A stretch of 64,000 nucleotides of DNA from Alphaproteobacteria bacterium (GTDB lineage: Bacteria; Pseudomonadota; Alphaproteobacteria; RF32; CAG-239). The DNA lies in assembly GCA_017465945.1 (NCBI GenBank), contig JAFTVD010000023.1:37104-101103 (forward strand), in the 5' to 3' direction. Position numbers and translations under genes: made by a program. Below, piece after piece: positions 48,781-58,221 of this stretch; position 1 is the stretch's first letter, and each line of letters starts with the position of its first letter. Below the pieces are notes generated by a model. The model was given only the letters and a program-made list of their open reading frames with translations. It was not told the DNA's origin and did no database searches.

Positions 48781-50526
48781 ATGTCTTATGATTTGATGTT
48801 TGAAAAAGCGATTGAATTACAAAATAATGGAGCTCTTAATGAAGCTGAAAGTATTTATTTGAAGATGTTAGAAGCAATGCCTTATAATGCTGATGTGTGG
48901 AATTTATTAGGTTTGATAGCTCAAACTAGAGATGATAATCTTAGAGCTGTTGATTGTTTTTTATCCGCAATTAAATATTCGCCTAAGCCTTTTGCCCCCT
49001 ATTTCTTTAATTTAGCATTAAGTTACAAAGCGTTAGATAGGAAAAGTGATGCTATTGAAATGTATGTTAAAGCGCTAGATATTATGCCAAATTTAAAGGA
49101 AGGATGGAATTATTTAGGTGTATTGCAAGCACAAATTGGTCAAAAAACTGAAGCTATAAAAAGTTTTTGTAATGCTCTTGAAATTGATGGAGAGTATAAA
49201 GAAGCAAGAGCTAATTTATGCTTTTATACTGATGATGCAAAAAACTTGTTTGAGCTTGCTGATAGTGATGAGAATGATTTTTTTGCAAACTTTTTGGCTT
49301 CTAAAAAGGCCGATAGCTTAAATTTGAAAGAAAAATATTTAGAAAAAGCATTTGCGCTTTGTCAAGATAGAGGTGATGTTATTTTAGATTTGGCTAAACT
49401 TTATAGGCAAAAAAATGATTTAGATAAAGCTTTAATGTTTTATTATAAGGTGTTGAATCTTGATGATAATAATGTTGAGGCAATACTTGGTGTCGCCGAT
49501 TTATATTTAGAAAAAGGTAACAATGCTAAAGCTGAAGAATTTTATAAGAAAAGTTTTGATTTAAGGCGTGATTTATATGGGGCTTATTTAAATTATGGGG
49601 TGTTATTATATAAAGAGAAACGTTATAATGAAGCTTTGAGCGCATATAGGGAGGCTGTGAAATTAAATCCTAATGACCCTGTTGTAAGTTATAATTTAGC
49701 TTTGATTTTGAAGGAATTGCAAGAATATGAAGAAGCATTAGGGTTAATGTTTAATGCTTATCTTAGAGATAAAGAATCTGATGTTTATCAAATTGCTATA
49801 ATGGAAACTATTAATGAATTATTTTTTAAAAATGCGGAACTTGCATTAAAAATTGCTCAAAACTGGTATAATCTGGATGAAGAAAATGTGTTTTCTAAAA
49901 GACTATTAGAAGGATTGAGTGGAGCTAAATTAAATAGTGATGATAGTAAATATGCTAAAAAATTATTTGATGTATTTGCTGATAATTATGATGAGACTAT
50001 GGATAAGTTAGATGTTGAAATAGTTAATAAGTTTAGAGAATTAAAGAAAGATTTGAAAGGGTATGTTTTAGAGCTTGGAACGGGTACAGGAAGTGTTTGG
50101 AATGGTTTTGATTGTAAGGATATTAAAATTGATGGGGTTGATGTCTCTGATAAAATGATTGAGATAGCAAGGAAAAAAGGAATCTATGAGAATCTATATT
50201 GCTGTGATATTGAAAGCTTTTTAGCCAATAATAAGCTTGATAAATATGATATTGTGGTTGGTATGGATGTTTTTTGCTATATTGGGGATTTGAAAAACAT
50301 ATTGAAAAGGCTTAAAGGTCTAGAATTATGGTTTTCTGTTGAGAAAACTTTAGATGATGATGGTAGAGATTTTTATTTAGCACCAAACGGACGATATAAA
50401 CATTCACTTTGTTATATTGAAAAAATTAAAGAAGAAATTAAAAGTGAAGAATTTGCTACCTATGATATTGTATTAAGGAAAGAAAATGGTGTAAATGTTG
50501 AAGGCTTTTTGATTAAAATAAAATAA
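48781..50526 (+). CDS. TPR-repeat protein with a C-terminal SAM-dependent methyltransferase
   Basis: Multiple TPRs; LFDVFADNYD, VLELGTGTG, GVDVSDKM, DVFCYIGDL, GRYKHS. Confidence 0.85.
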   Translation: MSYDLMFEKAIELQNNGALNEAESIYLKMLEAMPYNADVWNLLGLIAQTRDDNLRAVDCFLSAIKYSPKPFAPYFFNLALSYKALDRKSDAIEMYVKALDIMPNLKEGWNYLGVLQAQIGQKTEAIKSFCNALEIDGEYKEARANLCFYTDDAKNLFELADSDENDFFANFLASKKADSLNLKEKYLEKAFALCQDRGDVILDLAKLYRQKNDLDKALMFYYKVLNLDDNNVEAILGVADLYLEKGNNAKAEEFYKKSFDLRRDLYGAYLNYGVLLYKEKRYNEALSAYREAVKLNPNDPVVSYNLALILKELQEYEEALGLMFNAYLRDKESDVYQIAIMETINELFFKNAELALKIAQNWYNLDEENVFSKRLLEGLSGAKLNSDDSKYAKKLFDVFADNYDETMDKLDVEIVNKFRELKKDLKGYVLELGTGTGSVWNGFDCKDIKIDGVDVSDKMIEIARKKGIYENLYCCDIESFLANNKLDKYDIVVGMDVFCYIGDLKNILKRLKGLELWFSVEKTLDDDGRDFYLAPNGRYKHSLCYIEKIKEEIKSEEFATYDIVLRKENGVNVEGFLIKIK

Positions 50527-51047
50527 TCTTGTGAACAACATTAAAAATATATTGTACGAATCAGTTTATCATTTTAGTTTTTAAATGGTTTGTTAAGTTT
50601 ATTATATATATATGTCACTAGATTATTGCCTTTTTAATTTAAAATTTGGATATTTATGCTTTGTGTCTATGAGTTAGCATAAATAAGGTGAGAAAGTTTT
50701 ATTGTAAGTGGTGAATTTTAAGGCCAAAAATTTTAACCCTTATTAAAATGAATATCACAAACTGCCGGAATTGTTTATAGATATTATTATAAGACCTTTC
50801 AGATCTGAAATTGCGCAATTAAAAAGCAAGGTATTGTTTAAATCTATTCCCTGTAAGATGAAAAATAATACCTTGCTTTAGTGTTTTAAAATGATAAATT
50901 AATGTTTTTGATGGTGATTTTAATTTAAGTTATTTGTTTTTGTAGTTTTTTTCTTTTTTTTTGACTTTTTTTGTTATTATCTGTTGATTTAGGAATATTT
51001 TTAGAGTATAATTTATTATATATTTGTAATAACATGAGGATCTTACC

Positions 51048-51314
51048 ATGGGAAGCTTTTTATTAAATGATATGGGAGAAGTATTATTAGAGCTGAATGT
51101 TAAGATGGATTTTGATGTTGATTTATTGCTTGAGGTTAATGAAGGTAAGCATAAAGCAATATTGAAGAATGCAGAGCAAAGCTTTGTAATTGATTTTATT
51201 CATCCTGAACTTATTGTCCCTCTAAAGCAAAATAGATATTTGTTTGTGGTTGAACGTAATAATCAGTTTTATGCTATTAACTCTAAATTGGCAAAAGTGG
51301 TGTTTGTTAATTAG
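51048..51314 (+). CDS. Hypothetical protein
   Basis: 88-aa ORF with GAGGA SD, closely followed by the next gene. Confidence 0.6.
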   Translation: MGSFLLNDMGEVLLELNVKMDFDVDLLLEVNEGKHKAILKNAEQSFVIDFIHPELIVPLKQNRYLFVVERNNQFYAINSKLAKVVFVN

Positions 51315-51323
51315 GAGTTTGTT

Positions 51324-52802
51324 ATGTTAGAACGTGATGTATATGCTAATTTTTTAAGAGGAAAAGGAAAAATAAAGGTGTTTCCTACAACAAGGGAAAT
51401 ACAGCCTTTTGCTATGGCTAAAAAGTTGTTTAGAAGAGCGTATCCTTTTATGTTAGCATCTGCCATGGTTTTAACAGGATGTGGAAAAAAACAAGAAGCC
51501 GGCAAAATAAATGATAGCCAAAATGGTAAAAATCGCATTGAAATAGTAACAGATAGAAGCTCAGAAAATAAAATTACGGTTGATACTATAAATTACATGG
51601 ATATTTATAATGAGGTGGTTAACAAGTATAATCTTGCAATATTAAAAGAAAAGGAACCTTTATCTAAAGAATATATAGATAGTTTAATAAAAGAAAATAA
51701 CGCTCCAGAGCTTGTTGATGGTAATTACAATCATTTGCCTGAAAATAAAGAAAATTTTTGGAATATTGTGAAAAATGGAGTTAAGATTAGCGTTATAGAT
51801 GTGCAAAATAGCCCTATTCTTAATGAGAACCAAAAAAAGGTTTATAAGGTGATGGCTTATAAAACGCTATCACAAATTTCGAAGCATAAAGATAGTGTTG
51901 ATGATGTTGATTTGAATGATTATAATAACTTAAAAGCTTTTTTGTATTTTGAAAAAGTGGTTGAATATAAAGATAATTACAAAAAAGTTCATACCAAATC
52001 AGATGGATTAATTGATGCAAGGCACGAAGTTTTAGGTCGTTATTACGAAGATTGTGAAAACTTAAAAAGTGTTGTTATTGAAAATATTGATGTTTTGAGT
52101 TTTGCAGAATCCTTTTATAAAGATAAAAATAAAAATATGATATTAACAACAAATGATAGTGTTTTTTGTAATAAGGCAAGTTATGAAATTTTGAATAAAT
52201 GGATGAAAGAACAAGATATTAAAGAGAAGGGATTGTATTATCTTACATCTGTTGAAGATGATGATTATTGTAATGGAATATCTATTATAAATCGTCGTGG
52301 TAAAGATTTAGGAATTATTCTTGGGGTTGATAGTTGGGGGGAATTAGGTGAAGGATTTTATGCTCCTGTTGGTGAAATTATTGTTCATGAGATGATGCAT
52401 GTTATGCAAATAAAGCCCTCTTCTAATGAAAAACCTGAAGATAATTTAATTGTTGATAATACAAATGTTAAATCTTGGATTTTTAATGAAAAAAGTGATT
52501 ATGTTAATGAGTTGGGTCCATCGTTGGTTAGTTTAGTTATTGATGATTATCTTTATAAAGAGATGAATAATATACCGCAAGGTGTTAGTGTTAATTATGG
52601 ATCTTTTATTTCAAATGGAAATGAAGTGAAAATTGGCGAGCTTGCTATGTGGTTTAGAGGAAAGCTTGACAAACATAAGGATGAAGAACGCTTTAGTGTT
52701 GATAAAATGTTATCAAAGCCTGAAGTATTTAAAGAATTAAAGGCTATTTCTAATGGAAATATGCCGGTTAGATTTGATTATACAAATAAATATTCAAGAT
52801 AA
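51324..52802 (+). CDS. Hypothetical lipoprotein-like protein with an HEXXH zincin motif
   Basis: Lipobox-like VLTGC after a hydrophobic stretch; IVHEMMH followed downstream by NELG; AGGAG SD. Confidence 0.6.
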   Translation: MLERDVYANFLRGKGKIKVFPTTREIQPFAMAKKLFRRAYPFMLASAMVLTGCGKKQEAGKINDSQNGKNRIEIVTDRSSENKITVDTINYMDIYNEVVNKYNLAILKEKEPLSKEYIDSLIKENNAPELVDGNYNHLPENKENFWNIVKNGVKISVIDVQNSPILNENQKKVYKVMAYKTLSQISKHKDSVDDVDLNDYNNLKAFLYFEKVVEYKDNYKKVHTKSDGLIDARHEVLGRYYEDCENLKSVVIENIDVLSFAESFYKDKNKNMILTTNDSVFCNKASYEILNKWMKEQDIKEKGLYYLTSVEDDDYCNGISIINRRGKDLGIILGVDSWGELGEGFYAPVGEIIVHEMMHVMQIKPSSNEKPEDNLIVDNTNVKSWIFNEKSDYVNELGPSLVSLVIDDYLYKEMNNIPQGVSVNYGSFISNGNEVKIGELAMWFRGKLDKHKDEERFSVDKMLSKPEVFKELKAISNGNMPVRFDYTNKYSR

Positions 52803-52882
52803 TTTTTTTAATAAATTTATTGACGATAACTTTTTTTAATAATACTTTGTTTGGGTATTGTTTAATTTTTATTTGTATAATT

Positions 52883-53068
52883 ATGAGGAAAAAATTTACT
52901 CTTAGTGGCACAATTTGTGCAATGTTTGTAATCGCTTGTCTTGGCGTTACAGGTATTTTTTTAACAGAAGGTGTGCTTTATAAGGTATCTTGGTTTGTGG
53001 CGATATCTTTTGGTTTTATTACCTGGTTTGGTTTTGTTTGTGAAAATACTCCTGTGAGCATAGACTAA
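52883..53068 (+). CDS. Small 2-TM orphan protein
   Basis: MRKKFTLSG..., two hydrophobic helices, upstream TTGACG, downstream hairpin terminator. Confidence 0.6.
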   Translation: MRKKFTLSGTICAMFVIACLGVTGIFLTEGVLYKVSWFVAISFGFITWFGFVCENTPVSID

Positions 53069-53178
53069 TTTTTAGCCCCCTATTTTGCATTTAAGTTGCA
53101 ATTTAGGGGACTTTTTTGTGTTAATATTTAGAAATATCTTGCAATATTAAATTGATTGTTTTTATATATTGAGACGAT

Positions 53179-53268
53179 GGATAGATGGCAGAGTGGTTGA
53201 ATGCGGTTGACTCGAAATCAATTGTGCGCGCAAGTGTACCGGGGGTTCAAATCCCTCTCTATCCGCCA
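53179..53268 (+). tRNA. tRNA-Ser (anticodon CGA)
   Basis: Acceptor stem ggataga/tctatcc, anticodon arm gttga-ctCGAaa-tcaat, long variable arm, GGTTCAAATCC T-loop, encoded CCA. Confidence 0.96.
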
Positions 53269-53289
53269 ATTTTATTAGTTTAAAAAGGA

Positions 53290-53323
53290 AAAATCCCTAA
53301 ATCTAATTTAGGGATTTTTTTTT
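53290..53323. terminator. Bidirectional terminator after tRNA-Ser
   Basis: aaaaatccctaaat-cta-atttagggattttt. Confidence 0.75.
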
Positions 53324-53371
53324 AAGTTATGGAAGAAACATATCAGTGTATCTTCGATAAAAGAACTTTGG

Positions 53372-53554
53372 TTAATAACGATTGGTATTTAAGTCTTCAA
53401 ACCAAGCATCATTTCCATAGTAACAACTTTTTTGAGAGTTCTCGTCTCTTTTTCTTTCTTTGTATTCTTTTACTTCAGAGATAGTAAAAAGCATAGTGCA
53501 TACTAGTAAGTAGATAAAGAATACCGCAGGTAAAACAAACAAAATAGTTTTCAT
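53372..53554 (-). CDS. Small single-TM orphan protein
   Basis: Hydrophobic N-terminus; promoter TTGACA(53610-53615)-17-TACATT. Confidence 0.55.
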   Translation of the reverse strand: MKTILFVLPAVFFIYLLVCTMLFTISEVKEYKERKRDENSQKSCYYGNDAWFEDLNTNRY

Positions 53555-53663
53555 ATTTATATATAAAATTTAAGATTACGAGCTGTAATGTATCATAAAT
53601 TTTAGTGTCTGTCAATAGACAAAAAAAACTCAAAACGTAGTGTTTTGAGTTTTTTGTTTTAGG

Positions 53664-54095
53664 TTAATCAAGTAAACTTGATACTGTGTTTTCATCAACA
53701 TTTGGCATGGAGTAAAGTAAATGATTTTCATTTTTTACAATTACTATAACCATGCTCTTTTGGTCGGAATTTGCAAAATGATTTAAGTCTTTTTTGATGG
53801 CCAACATGGTTTTGCTTTTTTCACTTTCAAGAATACCTTTTGTTGTTAGAGGCTTTTTAGAAATGTAGGTTTCTATTGCCTCAATGAGCTCACCAACGGT
53901 TGTTGGAATATCGTTAAAAGTTGTATCATTAATTTGATAATGATTTTCAAGCTTCATTCCCAGCTCTACAACTTCAAGACTATCTACCCCTAGATCATTT
54001 TGAAAATTAGTTTCAAAAGTCACCTCTTGTGCTGTTGTGATTATTTTATCAGCAAGGAGGAGATTTGTTAACGTTTGTAAAATTTCGTTTTTCAT
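53664..54095 (-). CDS. Acyl-carrier-protein domain with a C-terminal extension
   Basis: FQNDLGVDSLEVVELGMKLE phosphopantetheine motif, TVGELI; about 60 extra residues; terminator at 53621-53656. Confidence 0.75.
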   Translation of the reverse strand: MKNEILQTLTNLLLADKIITTAQEVTFETNFQNDLGVDSLEVVELGMKLENHYQINDTTFNDIPTTVGELIEAIETYISKKPLTTKGILESEKSKTMLAIKKDLNHFANSDQKSMVIVIVKNENHLLYSMPNVDENTVSSLLD

Positions 54096-54228
54096 ACTAA
54101 TATTTTTTTTATATAGAACATAAATATAACTTTCCTTGCGCTATATTATACAAAAAAGTATTAAAGTCAATAGTTAGAAAGAAAAAAAGACCTTAAACTA
54201 ATGTTTGAGGTCTTTTTGGTTAGAAGTT

Positions 54229-54450
54229 TTACTTCTTGTGATCCATTCTTACACTTTTTTGAGACTGGCCTCGGGTGCGCTTTGTATCTACTTTTTTGGT
54301 AGATATATTCGCCTTTTTTGTCTGTTTTTGACTAGGCGTTGTGGGTGTTTGTTTGGTATTTTCATCTTTAATGAAAACATCATGTTCAACAACTACGGGA
54401 CCATCGAGAGTGGTTCCTACTGTGTAAGAAACTTTTTTCTTTTTGGGCAT
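54229..54450 (-). CDS. Small basic orphan protein
   Basis: 73-aa Lys/Thr-rich ORF flanked by hairpin terminators (54182-54217 and 54524-54556). Confidence 0.5.
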   Translation of the reverse strand: MPKKKKVSYTVGTTLDGPVVVEHDVFIKDENTKQTPTTPSQKQTKKANISTKKVDTKRTRGQSQKSVRMDHKK

Positions 54451-54560
54451 AATAATTAAAATTTTAACGTTAATAATATAAGTAACTTTAGGTATAGTAT
54501 ATCTTTTTTAGATAAATGCAATAAAAAAATAACCGCCACTCTTGGTGACGGTTATTAATG

Positions 54561-55259
54561 TTAGAGAGTTTCTATTTCTGCATAGGTGAAATCAGATATA
54601 GATTCTGAGGTTAAAAAACTTTTTTGGTAAAATTTCCATTGACGTGGCGTTAGTGTTTTGAAGGTTTTGCCATTAATATCATAGACTGTATATTTGCCAT
54701 CTGAAGTCATAAAAGCAACAGCAAAGGTTATGTTTTTTTCATCTGTTGTTTCAAGCAAAGTGATGTCTTTGGTTGGGGTTTTCCATAAACGTGTACCTTC
54801 GTGAGTGTAGAAATAAAGGTTATTATCTACAACAAAACACATGGCGTTTTTGTTTATGAAAACCTTAGATGGCGCCAAAAAAGTTTTGGTATCACTGAAA
54901 TAGTAATATGATTTATCATAATTTGTTCCAATGTAATACCCTTTTTCATCATTAAATTTGATTTTGGTAAAAGAATCAAATGATATTCCACCGATTGATG
55001 TTCCTTTGTGGTTAAATACCCAAATTCGATTGTTGGCATCTGTTACTTTGATGATTAGGCTATCTGCTTCAATGCTTTGATAGTTGTCTGGATTGATGAT
55101 AACATCATCGCAATTTTTGTATTTAACACCTTGGAAAAGAGTGTCGTTTTCTTCGTAAGTGTAAACGACTAAATCGTTAATTAGTGGAAATTCTTTTGAT
55201 TTGTTACCACAGCTTGCTACCATTAAGGTAACAATGAGCATAAAAATAATCTTTTTCAT
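54561..55259 (-). CDS. Orphan lipoprotein, beta-rich
   Basis: MKKIIFMLIVTLMVASC lipobox; repeated (Y/F)xxxG beta-propeller-like motifs. Confidence 0.7.
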   Translation of the reverse strand: MKKIIFMLIVTLMVASCGNKSKEFPLINDLVVYTYEENDTLFQGVKYKNCDDVIINPDNYQSIEADSLIIKVTDANNRIWVFNHKGTSIGGISFDSFTKIKFNDEKGYYIGTNYDKSYYYFSDTKTFLAPSKVFINKNAMCFVVDNNLYFYTHEGTRLWKTPTKDITLLETTDEKNITFAVAFMTSDGKYTVYDINGKTFKTLTPRQWKFYQKSFLTSESISDFTYAEIETL

Positions 55260-55420
55260 AATTATGTTTTTTTAAGTTATAATAATTGTATTGTCGCAAG
55301 CTAATATAAGTAATATTTTTTTAATTGCAAGAAAAATGTACAAAAGGACAAATTTTTTAATTTACTCAAATTTAAGAATTATTATTTATAGTGTACTTAA
55401 AATATAACTTTTGGAGATTT

Positions 55421-55975
55421 ATGATGATTGGATTAATTGTTTTATTAGGTTTAGCTTTTGTTATTTATTTGGTTTATGTTTCGGTTATTCAAAAGAAAAA
55501 TAATCTTTTAGAGGCTTTATCAGGGATTGATGTTCAATTAAAAATGAGATTAGATTTAATTCCTAATATGTTAAAGACAGCATCTAAATATATGGAGCAT
55601 GAAAAGAAAATTTTTGATGAAGTGGCGAAAGTTAGAGAAAGTGTATTAAATGCTTCTAATTATAATGATAAATTTAAGGCTGAAAATAAATTGAGTGAAG
55701 CTATTAGTGTATTTAATGCAAGAGCAGAAGCATATCCAGAGTTAAAATCTGATAAAGCGATGAATAAAGCTCAAGATGCGTTGCTTGATGTAGAAGAACA
55801 TATTGCGGCTGCTCGTAGATTTTATAATTCTGCGGTTAAAGAGTATAAGAATGCGTTAGAGATTTTCCCATCTTCTTTAATAGCATCTATGCTTGGGTTA
55901 ACGGATGATTATCCATTCTTTGAAGCAGAAGAAAAAGCAAGAGAAGCAATAGATGTTGATGATTATTTGAAATAA
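55421..55975 (+). CDS. lemA: LemA family protein
   Basis: N-terminal TM, IDVQLKMRLDLIPN, EAYPELKSD, AARRFYN, FPSSLIA; GGAG SD before ATG 55421. Confidence 0.92.
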   Translation: MMIGLIVLLGLAFVIYLVYVSVIQKKNNLLEALSGIDVQLKMRLDLIPNMLKTASKYMEHEKKIFDEVAKVRESVLNASNYNDKFKAENKLSEAISVFNARAEAYPELKSDKAMNKAQDALLDVEEHIAAARRFYNSAVKEYKNALEIFPSSLIASMLGLTDDYPFFEAEEKAREAIDVDDYLK

Positions 55976-55994
55976 GTATTGTTTGATTAAGTTT

Positions 55995-56019
55995 AAGGAG
56001 AGGTTTCTCTCCTTTTTTT
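55995..56019 (+). terminator. Terminator after lemA
   Basis: aaggagag-gttt-ctctcctt plus T run. Confidence 0.7.
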
Positions 56020-56085
56020 ATGAAGTGTTAGAGAAATGTTAAGAATATATGCTTTATGTTTTGTCTTATAGATAGATAACATGAA

Positions 56086-57165
56086 ATGAGGCCTATTATG
56101 TCACGTGCTGAAGATATTTTTGAAAAGCTTATTTATTTTGGTGAAGACGCGATTGATGAGTTTATACTAAACAGGCAAACAGAAGAATTGTTTATGGATT
56201 TTAAGCAAGCGGTTTCTGATGGTAAATCAATGAGAGCTCTTCATCAAAATGATAGAAGAAATTTAGCAAAAGCTATATCTGCATTTGGCAATAGTGAAGG
56301 CGGAGTTTTAGTTTGGGGTGTTGAATGTGCAAGAGATGTAGAACTTGGTGATGTTGCTCAAGCTAAAGTTAAGGTTAAAAATGTTCATAGGTTTTTAAGT
56401 TGGCTTGAAGGGGCAATATCTGGATGTACTATTCCATCTCATAATAGAGTTAGAAATCATATTATATGTAGTGATAAAAATGGTGATGGGATTTTAGCTA
56501 CATATATCCCTAAGTCTGATATTGCACCATTGATGACAACGGCTGGTAGTCAGATTTATATTAGGTCTGGTTCTAACAATGTACCTGCCCCCTATTCTGT
56601 TATTGCGGGAATGTTTGGTAAACGTCCTCAACCAAATATTGATATGGTTATTAATAATAAAATGATTGAGGTGGCTAAAGAAAATGAGGAAGATATTTTT
56701 AGGCCTGTTAAGAAAACAACCAAAAAAGAAAGTGTGGTAAAGGTTAGATTTTCTTTGTTTGCAGAAAATAACTCTAATGCGATTGCAAAAGAAGTATTTT
56801 TATCGTGCAATACATTAAGTGTGGGGGGAGATAAAAATAAGGTAAACTTTTATTATGATTCTCAACTTGATAATTTGGCATCGGAACATAATTCAATTAA
56901 CCTTATTACCCCTTTAGAGATGAGAATTCCTCCTCGTGCATTGTTTAATTGTGCAAAAGCAGAAATTAGATTTTATGATGATATTAATGAAGACTTTTTG
57001 ATGGAAGGTGTGATTGGTGCGGAAGGAAGTGTTCCTAAGAGTTTTAGAATATATGTTTCTAAAAATGATTTAAGATCGTTTGTGGCGCAAGCTTTGAGAA
57101 AAAATGCAGATTTGAGTTTGCTTACCAATGAGTTCTTTTCATGTTATTTAAAAAGGGAAATTTAA
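56086..57165 (+). CDS. Schlafen/AlbA_2-domain protein with a beta-rich C-terminal domain (start may be 56098)
   Basis: EELFMDFKQ, LAKAISAFGNSEGGVLVWGV, YIRSGSNN. Confidence 0.8.
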   Translation: MRPIMSRAEDIFEKLIYFGEDAIDEFILNRQTEELFMDFKQAVSDGKSMRALHQNDRRNLAKAISAFGNSEGGVLVWGVECARDVELGDVAQAKVKVKNVHRFLSWLEGAISGCTIPSHNRVRNHIICSDKNGDGILATYIPKSDIAPLMTTAGSQIYIRSGSNNVPAPYSVIAGMFGKRPQPNIDMVINNKMIEVAKENEEDIFRPVKKTTKKESVVKVRFSLFAENNSNAIAKEVFLSCNTLSVGGDKNKVNFYYDSQLDNLASEHNSINLITPLEMRIPPRALFNCAKAEIRFYDDINEDFLMEGVIGAEGSVPKSFRIYVSKNDLRSFVAQALRKNADLSLLTNEFFSCYLKREI

Positions 57166-57166
57166 T

Positions 57167-58210
57167 ATGAAGGAACATATTGAAAATTTGGAAAAATTAC
57201 AAAGTGAATTTAAAATATTTTATGAAAAAAATCTTTTAGAGGATTATAAAAGATTGGAAATAATATGGAGAGTCTATTGTATTTGTTGTAGTATTATTTT
57301 TTTTAGTTGTATTGGTGGATTATGGTTTGAATTTAAGTATTTATGTGGAGGTGAAATTAAATTATATACTTCGAAAATTATGTTTCAATCTATAGGTTTG
57401 TGTGCTTTTGTTTTATTTTTACCTATTTATGCCTTTAAACATGTCTATAAAACGTGTGTTACTGAAAAAGTAATATCTTTTTTTGATAATATAGTATATG
57501 GTGAAAATTTAATTTGTATTGATGATATAAAACAAGCTGATTTATTTTCTTTTTTTACAGGTTCTACAGTTTTCAAGTGTATTAGTGGTAATTATAATGG
57601 TTTTGAATTTGGAATTTCCGAGCAAATACTGAGTTATTATAAATTTCTTGTAGTCGGTGGAGTTAGAACTCTTGTTTATAATGGTGTTTTAATAAAAATT
57701 CATTTAAATAAAAAATATATTAATAAGATTATAGGTTGTTATATAAGTAAAAAAAATAAAAGTATTTGTGATGATTGTTTGTTATTTTTTATTTGTATAT
57801 TACCTTTATTAATTGGTGTGTTTTGGTTGAAAAAATATACAATTCTACTATCTATCCCTTTAATTATTTATATTATTTGTATATCAATATACAAATTTAG
57901 AATAAGAAAAGAAATGGCTTATTCTAATGATTGGAAAATATGTGCTACTGATGAAAATGATATAAAATATATTTTATTTCCTGAGTTGATGAATCAAATG
58001 ATTGAAATAAAACGTATATTTAAAGGAAATAGTATAAAGTTTAGTTTTTTTGATGATAATTTATTGATATCTATTCCAAAAGTAGAGCTTGAAAAAACAA
58101 CGTTGTTTAAGGCTAATTTAAAGTATGAGAATGCGGAACACATTGTTAAAAAAATACATAGTATTTATGTGTTAATTGATTTATTAAAATTTAATGTAAA
58201 AAATGTCTAA
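57167..58210 (+). CDS. DUF3137-like membrane protein
   Basis: TM pairs, ISGNYNG, KYILFPELM, FSFFDDNLLISI; paralogue of the next gene. Confidence 0.65.
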   Translation: MKEHIENLEKLQSEFKIFYEKNLLEDYKRLEIIWRVYCICCSIIFFSCIGGLWFEFKYLCGGEIKLYTSKIMFQSIGLCAFVLFLPIYAFKHVYKTCVTEKVISFFDNIVYGENLICIDDIKQADLFSFFTGSTVFKCISGNYNGFEFGISEQILSYYKFLVVGGVRTLVYNGVLIKIHLNKKYINKIIGCYISKKNKSICDDCLLFFICILPLLIGVFWLKKYTILLSIPLIIYIICISIYKFRIRKEMAYSNDWKICATDENDIKYILFPELMNQMIEIKRIFKGNSIKFSFFDDNLLISIPKVELEKTTLFKANLKYENAEHIVKKIHSIYVLIDLLKFNVKNV

Positions 58211-58221
58211 AAGGAGTTTTA

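Noticed and set aside
54205-54459. 84-aa plus-strand ORF opposite 54229-54450
   Set aside because: Starts inside a terminator hairpin; promoter and leader features favour the minus-strand ORF
53179-55300. Integrative element or prophage at tRNA-Ser
   Set aside because: I found no integrase and no duplicated tRNA 3' end (att site) in the window
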